The translations under genes were made by a program, and so were the position numbers. Source: an uncultured Pirellulaceae bacterium (GTDB lineage: Bacteria > Planctomycetota > Planctomycetia > Pirellulales > Pirellulaceae). From it: a stretch of DNA of 64,000 nucleotides. This document shows positions 10,001 through 17,441 of this stretch, one piece after another. Location: positions 152,916 through 216,915 of the forward strand of contig CAYONX010000003.1 of the NCBI GenBank assembly GCA_964405425.1. Direction: 5' to 3'. The notes under the pieces are model-generated. The model ran no database searches. It worked only from the letters and a program-made list of their open reading frames with translations, and had not been told where the DNA came from. The stretch's first letter is position 1; each line of letters begins with the position of its first letter.

Positions 10001-11378
10001 CGCATTGAATTCGCTCAATCCGGAACTTTCCGAATCGCATATGGCTCGCTTTGCCAACAATCTATTTACGCGAATGAGTCCGATTAAGCCCGAGATTAAG
10101 TTCCGTTATCTAAAAGGCGGATTTGAAATTGTTGGCGAGCATCCACGTGCTTACGAAGCAAAAAACCTGTACGACTATTACAAAGACCTTGTTCATGAGA
10201 TCAAATTCTCCGTCAACATCGATGGAGAAGACAATGTTGGACACGATCAACCGTTTGGCGCGTACGTAAACATTTTGCACACCACTGAAATCGAAAGAGA
10301 ATCGGGAGGTTTCGGCAAGTACGTTCAAAACCAGAACTCGATGCAATACGCTTACAACTATGGCCGTCCAACGGAAAATTATCGCGACAAATTTAACGAC
10401 ACCGTCGAAATGGCACTCGGCGAGCACTTTGAAATTTTGAACGTGACATTCCAGTCAGCCGATTCAATGAAGTCGCGTCCTGCCCAACAAGCCGGATGGA
10501 GAATTTCACCGTTTGCTTATGTCTTGCTTAAAGCGAAAGGGCCTGAAGTCGATCGAATCGCACCGCTCAAACTGGATCTGGATTTCCTTGACACTTCCGG
10601 CTACGTGGTTGTACCGGTCGAGTCGCCGGCATTGGTCGTCGATTGCTCGGCAGAAAATCCTGCGATCCGTCCGATCAAAGATCTGAAGATCACACAAACC
10701 ATTGATGAGCGACAAGCCAGTGATGGGAAACTGATCCTCGAAATCACGGCCGCTGGAAAGGGGCTCGTCCCGGAATTGGATCAGATCATCGACCTCGAAC
10801 GAGACGATTTTGAATTGGTAAGTGTTGATGATCAGCAAGTCTTACCATCGTCGTTTGAAAAGGAAACCGATGAAATCCAGATCATTTCCGATCGCAGTTG
10901 GACGGTCGAATACAAAGCAAAGAGTACTGAGCAAAACCTGGATAAATTTGCGTTCAGCGAACCAAAACTCGAAGACACGACGCCAAAGTATCAGCGTTAT
11001 GAAGATGCTGATCTTGTAGAGGTCGCCCAATCGATCGACCTGGAGAAAAACTATAAGAAATTCAGCTGGAATTTCCTCTACTGGATGATCCCATTGATCG
11101 TATTTGGGTTAATTGGTTTGACGGGCATGATTTTCATTGCCAGTAAACCGAAACAGGTCGCTCGAGAACGATTCGAAATGCCGCAAGACGTTAATCCGTT
11201 CACTGTGCTGACCTTGCTAAAAGACATTCGAACGCGAAATGGAATTAGTAACGAAAAAAGCATCGAGCTGCAAAATTCGATCGAACGTATCGAACAGCAA
11301 TATTTCGGCGATGAAGAAAACAATCAGCCCGTGAAATTGGAAGACGTTGCTCGCAACTGGCTTCGCCAGGCGAAATAG
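7056..11378 (+). CDS. Very large secreted/membrane-anchored protein (about 1440 aa) with BatD-like topology
   Basis: Signal peptide MKKYQIAALVSFFSLFAFAASTNLAVAQ (chosen over the upstream ATG at 7026). A/P-rich then K/E-rich linkers. Single C-terminal TM FLYWMIPLIVFGLIGLTGMIFIA with a short tail. No catalytic motif seen. Confidence 0.7.
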   Translation: MKKYQIAALVSFFSLFAFAASTNLAVAQNFVVTSPSGARVISTQQPATLVTPANPQQAANPGVVPAANPAVPGATGAATPPEKSAEDKKVELLLKEKFDRTTGAVLKAWSTKPEKKKAKGEEKKKPVTAVVKNLYEGLAAIEIVGEHELQAANVVEFTIDGDSCGKWKLLSIDGKKISAQHVKEALKAKSPEQLDPPTIPAEQTDAKTEPASETEPVKDSATQIEIKTIKTGDKIVVVKPAPKKSDKPDVDAQVKTEVEAFARSVAIGKWTDVKTELGKMKKENADKVFAHLLKSLAIAPKDPSRPLQRGQKPPKPQLTPDDIMQLSEAAPNPIQIELKKEEDDSTDGDKKVAATPKLPSGVALPPGISIDQLPPEALQVMQQVAGSTPAAAAATVPAGDAAKPNHIAALATLVRNSKNAGHDLAKFHDQIKQGTTHFGGDDPIKRLTAADLFMKSGTTEYVEEFLPKLDDDATKSNLHALKIWSQLALAMHAEKNIADWLDKAWKINQWIIGIEDLETADKNLALANLTKLSSQIDKETGVAWVNESFTNQPDRGMTILTNLGTKSADLANKAAQTPENTRLDLLTLQNEAVEKLIKISPDKAKSWDQTLTLLAHNWLTEAATSLQYSTENSGRDFMEMDMYGNYYWMNQRRQMHNGRQPRPIKLHEILEIAPSNDWQALIDTSLHTNLNQTRAKLFMRINEENKAFPFIEQIAETRPVVARELVHDFLRIWTQNHDPNSSKRRRNPYIYFYGFDRKADAIPLTRSKQERNLEELSQWVQRIRKLPIEDVDEELLSNAFTTCHSSAEVFKLDRFRDVFGDFEKLKPETIAALCQKMRANLASNWRNIRNQEEKQTNRREPEVQVAVLDGYRTAMQLAEEALNAAPNSWRLHLAKATLMYDSNDYSQSVQKSSDYSDRRDSAFEQFKIASNKYAEVVATLEKDEQATDVYDYWFYAALGAVDLGKITDKTTPDLKQYPKIKDALNSLNPELSESHMARFANNLFTRMSPIKPEIKFRYLKGGFEIVGEHPRAYEAKNLYDYYKDLVHEIKFSVNIDGEDNVGHDQPFGAYVNILHTTEIERESGGFGKYVQNQNSMQYAYNYGRPTENYRDKFNDTVEMALGEHFEILNVTFQSADSMKSRPAQQAGWRISPFAYVLLKAKGPEVDRIAPLKLDLDFLDTSGYVVVPVESPALVVDCSAENPAIRPIKDLKITQTIDERQASDGKLILEITAAGKGLVPELDQIIDLERDDFELVSVDDQQVLPSSFEKETDEIQIISDRSWTVEYKAKSTEQNLDKFAFSEPKLEDTTPKYQRYEDADLVEVAQSIDLEKNYKKFSWNFLYWMIPLIVFGLIGLTGMIFIASKPKQVARERFEMPQDVNPFTVLTLLKDIRTRNGISNEKSIELQNSIERIEQQYFGDEENNQPVKLEDVARNWLRQAK

Positions 11379-11406
11379 CTTCGACAATTCAGAGATAGAC
11401 AATAGG

Positions 11407-11442
11407 TCTGCCGTCGGTTAAACCGATGGCAGATTTTATTTT
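11407..11442 (+). terminator. Rho-independent terminator
   Basis: TCTGCCGTCGGT-TAAA-CCGATGGCAGA (about 11-bp stem) followed by TTTTATTTT, 29 nt after the stop of the large gene. Confidence 0.8.
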
Positions 11443-11482
11443 GCAAACTCAAATCCATCGAACCCGGCTGGGAAATTTCACG

Positions 11483-12406
11483 ATGCACCAACTTTTTTGT
11501 GTTCTAACCATTGCCGTGTTCACTGCTGCTGCATTACCATCTCAATCATGCGGCCACCAAGCCTCTCAGGAACCAGAAAAACCAATCATTGAGTTATGGC
11601 CTTTGGGGCTGCCTGCCGATGCGAAACCAGTTTCAGACGAAATTATCGCCGACCGAAAGAAAAAGCAGACCGATGAACGTCTGACGTATGTGCAAACGCC
11701 ATCGTTAACCGTGTATCAGCCGCCGCAAGAAAAATCCAATCGATGTGCGATGATCATCTGTCCCGGCGGCGGCTACAATATTTTAGCTTGGCCCAAAGAA
11801 GGCCTTGAGCTGGCCGAGTACTTGAACACTCACGGGGTAACGGCTTTTGTTTTGAAATACCGTGTGCCACGAAGAGACCCATCTCGATGCCACTGGGAGC
11901 CCATGCAGGACGTTCAACGTGCCATTCGGCTGGTTCGTTCACAATCAGAAAACTGGAAAATTGATCCCGACCGAATCGGCGTCATGGGTTTTTCTGCAGG
12001 CGGACATTTGACGGTGATGGCTGGCACACAATACGACACAAAAAGCTACCCGCGGGTTGACGCTGCAGACGACATCAGTTGTCGGCCCGATTTCATCTGC
12101 CCAATCTACGCAGCATATCTTGGCCCGAAATATAATGACGCTAAAGCGAAACTGAGCACTGAATTAAAGATCACAAAAGACACGCCGCCGACATTCCTGG
12201 CCGTCACGTCCGATGACAAAATGCGCGGCGCACAATCGGCGCTCTTGTTCGCCCGATTGTGCGAGTTAAAGGTCCCCACCGAAATCCATGTCTATACCAA
12301 AGGCGGACACGGCTACGGTATACGCACCAATGAAAATCCAGTTGGCACCTGGCATCATCGAATGACCGATTGGCTCAAGTCGCAAGGCTATCTCGAGAAT
12401 CGATAG
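11483..12406 (+). CDS. Secreted alpha/beta-hydrolase (esterase/lipase-like)
   Basis: Nucleophile elbow GFSAGGHL, oxyanion-type ICPGGGY, and a C-terminal GGHGYG. Signal-like MHQLFCVLTIAVFTAAALPSQSCG. The upstream ATG at 11426 lies inside the terminator hairpin. Confidence 0.75.
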   Translation: MHQLFCVLTIAVFTAAALPSQSCGHQASQEPEKPIIELWPLGLPADAKPVSDEIIADRKKKQTDERLTYVQTPSLTVYQPPQEKSNRCAMIICPGGGYNILAWPKEGLELAEYLNTHGVTAFVLKYRVPRRDPSRCHWEPMQDVQRAIRLVRSQSENWKIDPDRIGVMGFSAGGHLTVMAGTQYDTKSYPRVDAADDISCRPDFICPIYAAYLGPKYNDAKAKLSTELKITKDTPPTFLAVTSDDKMRGAQSALLFARLCELKVPTEIHVYTKGGHGYGIRTNENPVGTWHHRMTDWLKSQGYLENR

Positions 12407-12535
12407 CCGGGTTGCGCTCGATAGACAGTGAACGGATTGTTTTTAGAATCCCAATCACACACTTCCCCTCTCAAAACATCGAGCCAATTCGGTATACTTG
12501 CGTTTCATTCAATTGCTAACCCATAGCTCATTCAA

Positions 12536-13213
12536 ATGAACGCGCAAGACAATCAATTTAACGACACGGCGCTGGTTGGAATTTCCCGCACCAAGATTCG
12601 CGCGCTGTCGGAATTCGATTCCAAGTTACACAGCGTCCCCAAGACTTTTGACGAGCGGTCCTCGCAATTTATTGGCAAGCTTGCGTCTGCCGAAGTCGAA
12701 AACGACGTCGAATCCATTTTTAAAAAGCTGCGGAAAGGATTCAAATTAAAACGCGTTGATGCGAAAGTTTCTACGCCGGATCCCGGTTGGGGCACGATTG
12801 AAACGCCTTATTTCGTCTACTCCATCAATGCTACCTTGGATGAAGAAGACGCGTCGTGCGTGCGTTGGGAACGCTCTGTTCGAGAAATTGCCGACCCCGA
12901 TCAAGTCGGCTCAACCGAATTTGCGTCGATTTTTGATTGCGTTTTCGATCGGATCGAATTTAATTTTGAACATCCGATTCAAATGGAAGACTGGATCGAC
13001 AATATCGAAGAACAAGACGACGACCGACTGGAACTCGATTACGACTCAGGCCTGCAAAATTGCTCGCTGAAAATCGATGGCGTAGCTGCCACGATTCACG
13101 TCTGTGAAACCAAATTCGCCGTTGTGCATCCTCAACCTGCGACAACTAAGCAAATCTTGACTTCGTACCTGGAAGCATCACAGACTGTGACCAACGGGTT
13201 TGCCAAAGCGTAG
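12536..13213 (+). CDS. Hypothetical acidic cytoplasmic protein
   Basis: 225-aa ORF with no competing frame and no TM or recognisable motif. Has a promoter-like motif upstream. Confidence 0.5.
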   Translation: MNAQDNQFNDTALVGISRTKIRALSEFDSKLHSVPKTFDERSSQFIGKLASAEVENDVESIFKKLRKGFKLKRVDAKVSTPDPGWGTIETPYFVYSINATLDEEDASCVRWERSVREIADPDQVGSTEFASIFDCVFDRIEFNFEHPIQMEDWIDNIEEQDDDRLELDYDSGLQNCSLKIDGVAATIHVCETKFAVVHPQPATTKQILTSYLEASQTVTNGFAKA

Positions 13214-13783
13214 TAGTGCGTGCTGCTAATCGCACGACATTGCCACCCGGCACACTGCTCAAACGCTCGAAAAGCAATTGAGTATTGGACTCAAGTATCG
13301 TTGAATCCTTAACTATCGTAGGAGGCGCATTGATGACCGTTGCGAATGTTCAAGTGCTTGTTGCCAACATGGCAAACACAAACCAAAGGTTGCAAGAAAG
13401 ACGAGCGCCTTGGAATTAGAAAGCAATTTATTCAACACAAGCAACATGTTGCTACCTCTCCAAACGTAAAGAGTTGGTTCGAGAATAGACTTATAAGGAT
13501 AGTCGATTCAATCAAGAAAGCGCCACACTCCAACCACAAAAGAATTGCGCCTTGGGTCTGTCGCCAACTAGAAAATCGCTTCTTCAACATCAAAATCGTC
13601 CAAAACATTTTGATTCCTAAAACATCCGTCAATAACATGCAAGTCGTTATACGCTGTGTGTTTACATAGATTTAGCGAACGTAGATTCGTGATCCTGCGG
13701 TCAGTTCATCTATGTTTTTGAATGGGCAGCCAATTCGGCTATACTCAACTAACACTTCTTTTCGTTCATATGGGAGATAGGTT

Positions 13784-15715
13784 ATGAATAGAATACATGT
13801 ATCCTTGTTAGTCTTAATCCTTGTATTTTGTGTCAAAGAACTGCCGGGGCAAGTCTTTGTAAATTTTCAGAACGTCGGCACTTTTTCCGCGCCAGAGGTT
13901 TCTCGGCTTGGATTGACGGCATCGGCTAACACGGGTGTCAATCTATCCGAAAACAGTGGTATCGGAGTGCTTGGAGGTGTATCAGATTTTCTGATCGAAG
14001 TCGGCGAAACGCTAGACGTGCAGCTTCCGTTTGCGGTGTCGGATATCAGAATGGACTCGCCACCTATCGTCGTAAATTTTAATTTTGAATTGGAAGCGTT
14101 CAACAACGGCGTTTCACTGGGGACAGTTCCGTTTAACTTTGGTTTTGATGAGACGATTGATTTCATAGGTGAATTCGGGCAACCTGCCGACGCTTTTTCC
14201 ATGACGGGTATTGGCGGCCCGCTTGACGGCGAGAATCTTGCGTACCTGGCTTTTCCTACGCCACCGCTGAACAATGCCGGCTTTGAAGACGGATCGCCTG
14301 GGCAAAATGGAGCGCCGGGCTGGGAAGCTATTAACAGTGCGGTCACGGTTGAGGGAATCGCCCAAACTGGTTCTATATCGATTCAATTGACAGCTCCGAC
14401 TGGTCAAGATTTCGCGAGCTCAGAATTAAGGCAAACTTTCCAAGGGGTTGCTGAAGGCATGTTTGTCCAGGCTAGCGCGTTTGCTTTGCATTCGGCCAGC
14501 GATCCAATCTCGGGTGAAAATTTTGGTCGAGTGATTCTTGATTTTCTGGATCAAGATGGAAATGTGATTGACGCAAACCCCTCGATGGACGAATTGGGAT
14601 TTTCAAGCGCCCCGATTAATGCGATGTCGCAAACCGATGAATTTGCTTTTTTGAATACCGGGTATGTCGAAGCGCCAGCTGGCACTGCTTCTGCCAGAAT
14701 TTCTTTAGTGCACACTCAATCCCCTCAGCCGGACAACCTCGGAACGGGTGCTGTTTTCTTCGATGATGCCTCACTGAATATCACCTCGGAACGGATCATA
14801 AGGACGTTTGCGGCGGTGGGAGAAGAGTTTGAACAGAGTGATACTCAGACGCTGGATAATGCACCCGTGATTTTGTATGAACTCATTCACGATGGTGTTA
14901 GCCAGGTCAGGATTGACACCCTTGGCTCCGACATCGATACGGAAATATTTCTTTACAATGAACTTGGTCGAGTGATCGACTCGGCTTCTGGTTCTCCTCC
15001 CGATGGCACCGCAGGCATCCAGCAGGCCCAGCTTTTCAATTCTTCGTTACCGCCTGGTCGTTATATTGTGATGGTTGGGCGCAACTTGAATGACTTTGCT
15101 GGCGATTTCTTTTTTACCCCGGATTTCCAATTGCCGGTAACTGGAAACATTGTCGTCACGGTAAGTTCAAATGATCTAGCTCCCACAACGCCGCCGGAAA
15201 CGGTAGGAACTTTTAACCCGGTTGGATTCGACTTTCTAGATACAGAAGTAATAGAGCTGGATATAAATGATCCGTCGTACTTCGAAGTCGTGTACGACGG
15301 AGTGGCTCCGATAACTTTCACCGCCACCGAAGTCCCAGGCGATGGAGGCCCAAGTACAAGTTTGGGTATTTATGATGTGTTTGGTAATCTGCTGGAAACG
15401 GAGTTGGATGAAATTTCGTTTGATTCACTGGCTGCAGGGACCTATTACTTTGGAGTTGCCCACAGTGGTATCGATTTCTTTCCAGACTTCGTAACAGGCA
15501 CTATAACCAGCTTTACCGATCCGGTAACCGTGCAGGTTTCAACCGGTCTCCTTGGCGACGTAAATTGCGATGGCGCTGTGAACCTGCTTGACGTTTTACC
15601 CTTTGTTGAAATCCTTGCATCTGGAGAGTTTGTTGCGAAAGCTGATATCAACCAGGATTCAATGGTCAACCTAACGGACGTCGGGCCTTTTGTCGATTTG
15701 CTAAATGGCGGATAG
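13784..15715 (+). CDS. Secreted multidomain protein with a C-terminal dockerin-like module
   Basis: Signal peptide MNRIHVSLLVLILVFCV. A CBM/galactose-binding-like segment (NNAGFEDGSPGQNGAPGWEAIN...FFDDASL). Two pre-peptidase-C-terminal-like segments (DTEIFLYNELGRVID, TSLGIYDVFGNLLE). C-terminal DVNCDGAVNLLDVLPF and DINQDSMVNLTDVGPF. Confidence 0.7.
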   Translation: MNRIHVSLLVLILVFCVKELPGQVFVNFQNVGTFSAPEVSRLGLTASANTGVNLSENSGIGVLGGVSDFLIEVGETLDVQLPFAVSDIRMDSPPIVVNFNFELEAFNNGVSLGTVPFNFGFDETIDFIGEFGQPADAFSMTGIGGPLDGENLAYLAFPTPPLNNAGFEDGSPGQNGAPGWEAINSAVTVEGIAQTGSISIQLTAPTGQDFASSELRQTFQGVAEGMFVQASAFALHSASDPISGENFGRVILDFLDQDGNVIDANPSMDELGFSSAPINAMSQTDEFAFLNTGYVEAPAGTASARISLVHTQSPQPDNLGTGAVFFDDASLNITSERIIRTFAAVGEEFEQSDTQTLDNAPVILYELIHDGVSQVRIDTLGSDIDTEIFLYNELGRVIDSASGSPPDGTAGIQQAQLFNSSLPPGRYIVMVGRNLNDFAGDFFFTPDFQLPVTGNIVVTVSSNDLAPTTPPETVGTFNPVGFDFLDTEVIELDINDPSYFEVVYDGVAPITFTATEVPGDGGPSTSLGIYDVFGNLLETELDEISFDSLAAGTYYFGVAHSGIDFFPDFVTGTITSFTDPVTVQVSTGLLGDVNCDGAVNLLDVLPFVEILASGEFVAKADINQDSMVNLTDVGPFVDLLNGG

Positions 15716-15837
15716 CTGAAACTACTTCAAAACCCAATCTTGATTAATCGCGACCAATTGTTTGGACGTGGCTCCGGTGGTATTGAGACTCCTTCCCGAG
15801 TCGAACTCGATCCGGTTCAAGTTTGTGATGGCACCAT

Positions 15838-15873
15838 AAAACGAAAAGAGGCACCTTCGCAATCGAAGGTGCC
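15838..15873 (-). terminator. Rho-independent terminator (minus strand)
   Basis: Perfect 10-bp stem GGCACCTTCG/CGAAGGTGCC with a 4-nt loop. On the minus strand it is followed by TCTTTTCGTTTT. Confidence 0.55.
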
Positions 15874-16132
15874 CATGCTCCACCATACATCCCCGCCAAG
15901 GGCCTGTCTGAGTCAAGCTGCATGAGCGAATCTCTCTCTATTACCTCACCTGCCAAAGGGCTCTAGATGCCCTCATAGATTTTGAGATTTTGGCAAAAAA
16001 ACCCAAATTCACTGCAAAACCTGCTTATTTCTGCAGAAAATTGGTTGGCGACGTTTCGAATTTTGTACTCTTTTCATTCAAAAGAGTTGCTGAGAAACCA
16101 CGAATAAACACGTTCAACAACGGGCCCAGTTC

Positions 16133-17131
16133 CTAATCGGCTTCCAGATCCATGTGCCGCGCCTTTGGGATTTCCTGCTGGATACGTTTCTCAATCGCAT
16201 CAATTTCATCGGCCAGCAATTCAACGACATCATCCGCATATTCCTTTGCGAATTTTTGCAAGTCTTCTGCCGACTTGATCTTCTCGTAAGCAGCGTCGAC
16301 TTGCGGTCGCAACTTGTCGGCCAGAGCTTCTCCGTCAAATCGAATATCCGCTTTTATTCGATAGGTTTCCGTATCGAGAATTCGCGTCTTCATATCAACG
16401 ATTTCTTCGACGGCAGGATTGGCGTTGATAATTCGACGAACTTGATCTCGAATTTTTGGTGGGACACTGGCACCAACGAGCAACTGAGTATTTCGGTAGA
16501 TCAACCAGATCGCAATCAAACCAAGAAGCACACCAATGGTGATCGATCCGATCGCATCCCAGTACGCATGGCCTGTATATTGTGCTAACCCAATGGCGAT
16601 CATCGCGATGACTACACCCAAACACGCCGCGCTGTCTTCCAGCACTACAGCCACCGTCGCAGGATCGGCTTCGGTGCGCATGTAATTCAAAAACGGCTTG
16701 CCTTCTGCCTGCTTCAAAACCGCCTTGACCGCAATCCATAATACCCAGCCTTCGACAACGAGTGCAAATATCAGCACCACGATCGCCCAAAACGGGTCTT
16801 TGACTTTATGGTGATCATCGAACAGAGATTCACAACCATGAAAAATACTCAGCCCGCAGCCAAGAAAGAAAATACCGACCGCAGAGATCAACGCCCAAAC
16901 GTAGCGCTCAGCCGCGTATCCATAATCAAATTCAGGGTCTGCCGATTTGGTTGATCGAACAATCCCGACGAGCAACAAGATCTGATTCAACAAATCCGCA
17001 GCGGTATGTATCGCCTCCGACATCATTGCAGTTGAGTGGGTAAAAAAAGCTGCAATGAATTTTGCCAGCATCACCAATGCATTGCCTGCAATGGCAGCAA
17101 TCACAGCGCCTTTGGAACCTTGGGTTGCCAT
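16133..17131 (-). CDS. Cation diffusion facilitator (CDF) family metal efflux transporter
   Basis: N-terminus GSKGAVIAAIAGNALVMLAKFIAAFFTHSTAMMSEAIHTAADLLNQ is typical of CDF TM1-2. Six TM helices plus a C-terminal cytoplasmic domain. Confidence 0.9.
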   Translation of the reverse strand: MATQGSKGAVIAAIAGNALVMLAKFIAAFFTHSTAMMSEAIHTAADLLNQILLLVGIVRSTKSADPEFDYGYAAERYVWALISAVGIFFLGCGLSIFHGCESLFDDHHKVKDPFWAIVVLIFALVVEGWVLWIAVKAVLKQAEGKPFLNYMRTEADPATVAVVLEDSAACLGVVIAMIAIGLAQYTGHAYWDAIGSITIGVLLGLIAIWLIYRNTQLLVGASVPPKIRDQVRRIINANPAVEEIVDMKTRILDTETYRIKADIRFDGEALADKLRPQVDAAYEKIKSAEDLQKFAKEYADDVVELLADEIDAIEKRIQQEIPKARHMDLEAD

Positions 17132-17441
17132 AGAAAAGACCTAATTTCTGATAATTATCGATTCAAATAAATTGGACAATGCATCTGTCACCGCCAAATT
17201 CTTATTCCCTAAATGGTGTTTGCCTGGGTGCCATGTTACCGAAACCAAAGCTCATACCCAACTTACCTCGCGCAGCCAATTTTCCTCAATTGAGACTTTG
17301 CCCGCTATGGGTATTTGGCAAGTCGAACGTACACAGTTTAACGCGATAGCACTTTTGCGATCAACATTGACTGTCAGCGTTAAACCAAACACATTATCGA
17401 TATCGGATCGTCGATCCAAACATGAAAATTAAGGTGCAAGG

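Noticed and set aside
11426-11482. Upstream ATG giving a 326-aa esterase
   Set aside because: This ATG lies inside the stem of the terminator at 11407-11442. The downstream ATG (11483) starts directly with a signal-peptide-like sequence.
13340-13669. 109-aa basic ORF (and a 68-aa antisense ORF) in the 570-bp gap before the dockerin-module gene
   Set aside because: K/R/Q-rich low-information sequence with no start context or motifs. More likely a non-coding promoter/regulatory region. It contains a 14-bp palindrome AGCAACATGTTGCT whose significance I cannot judge.
17172-17432. 86-aa ORF in the divergent promoter region between the CDF gene and the secreted-protein gene
   Set aside because: No motifs. 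It occupies the only available promoter space for two divergent genes, and its composition looks non-coding.
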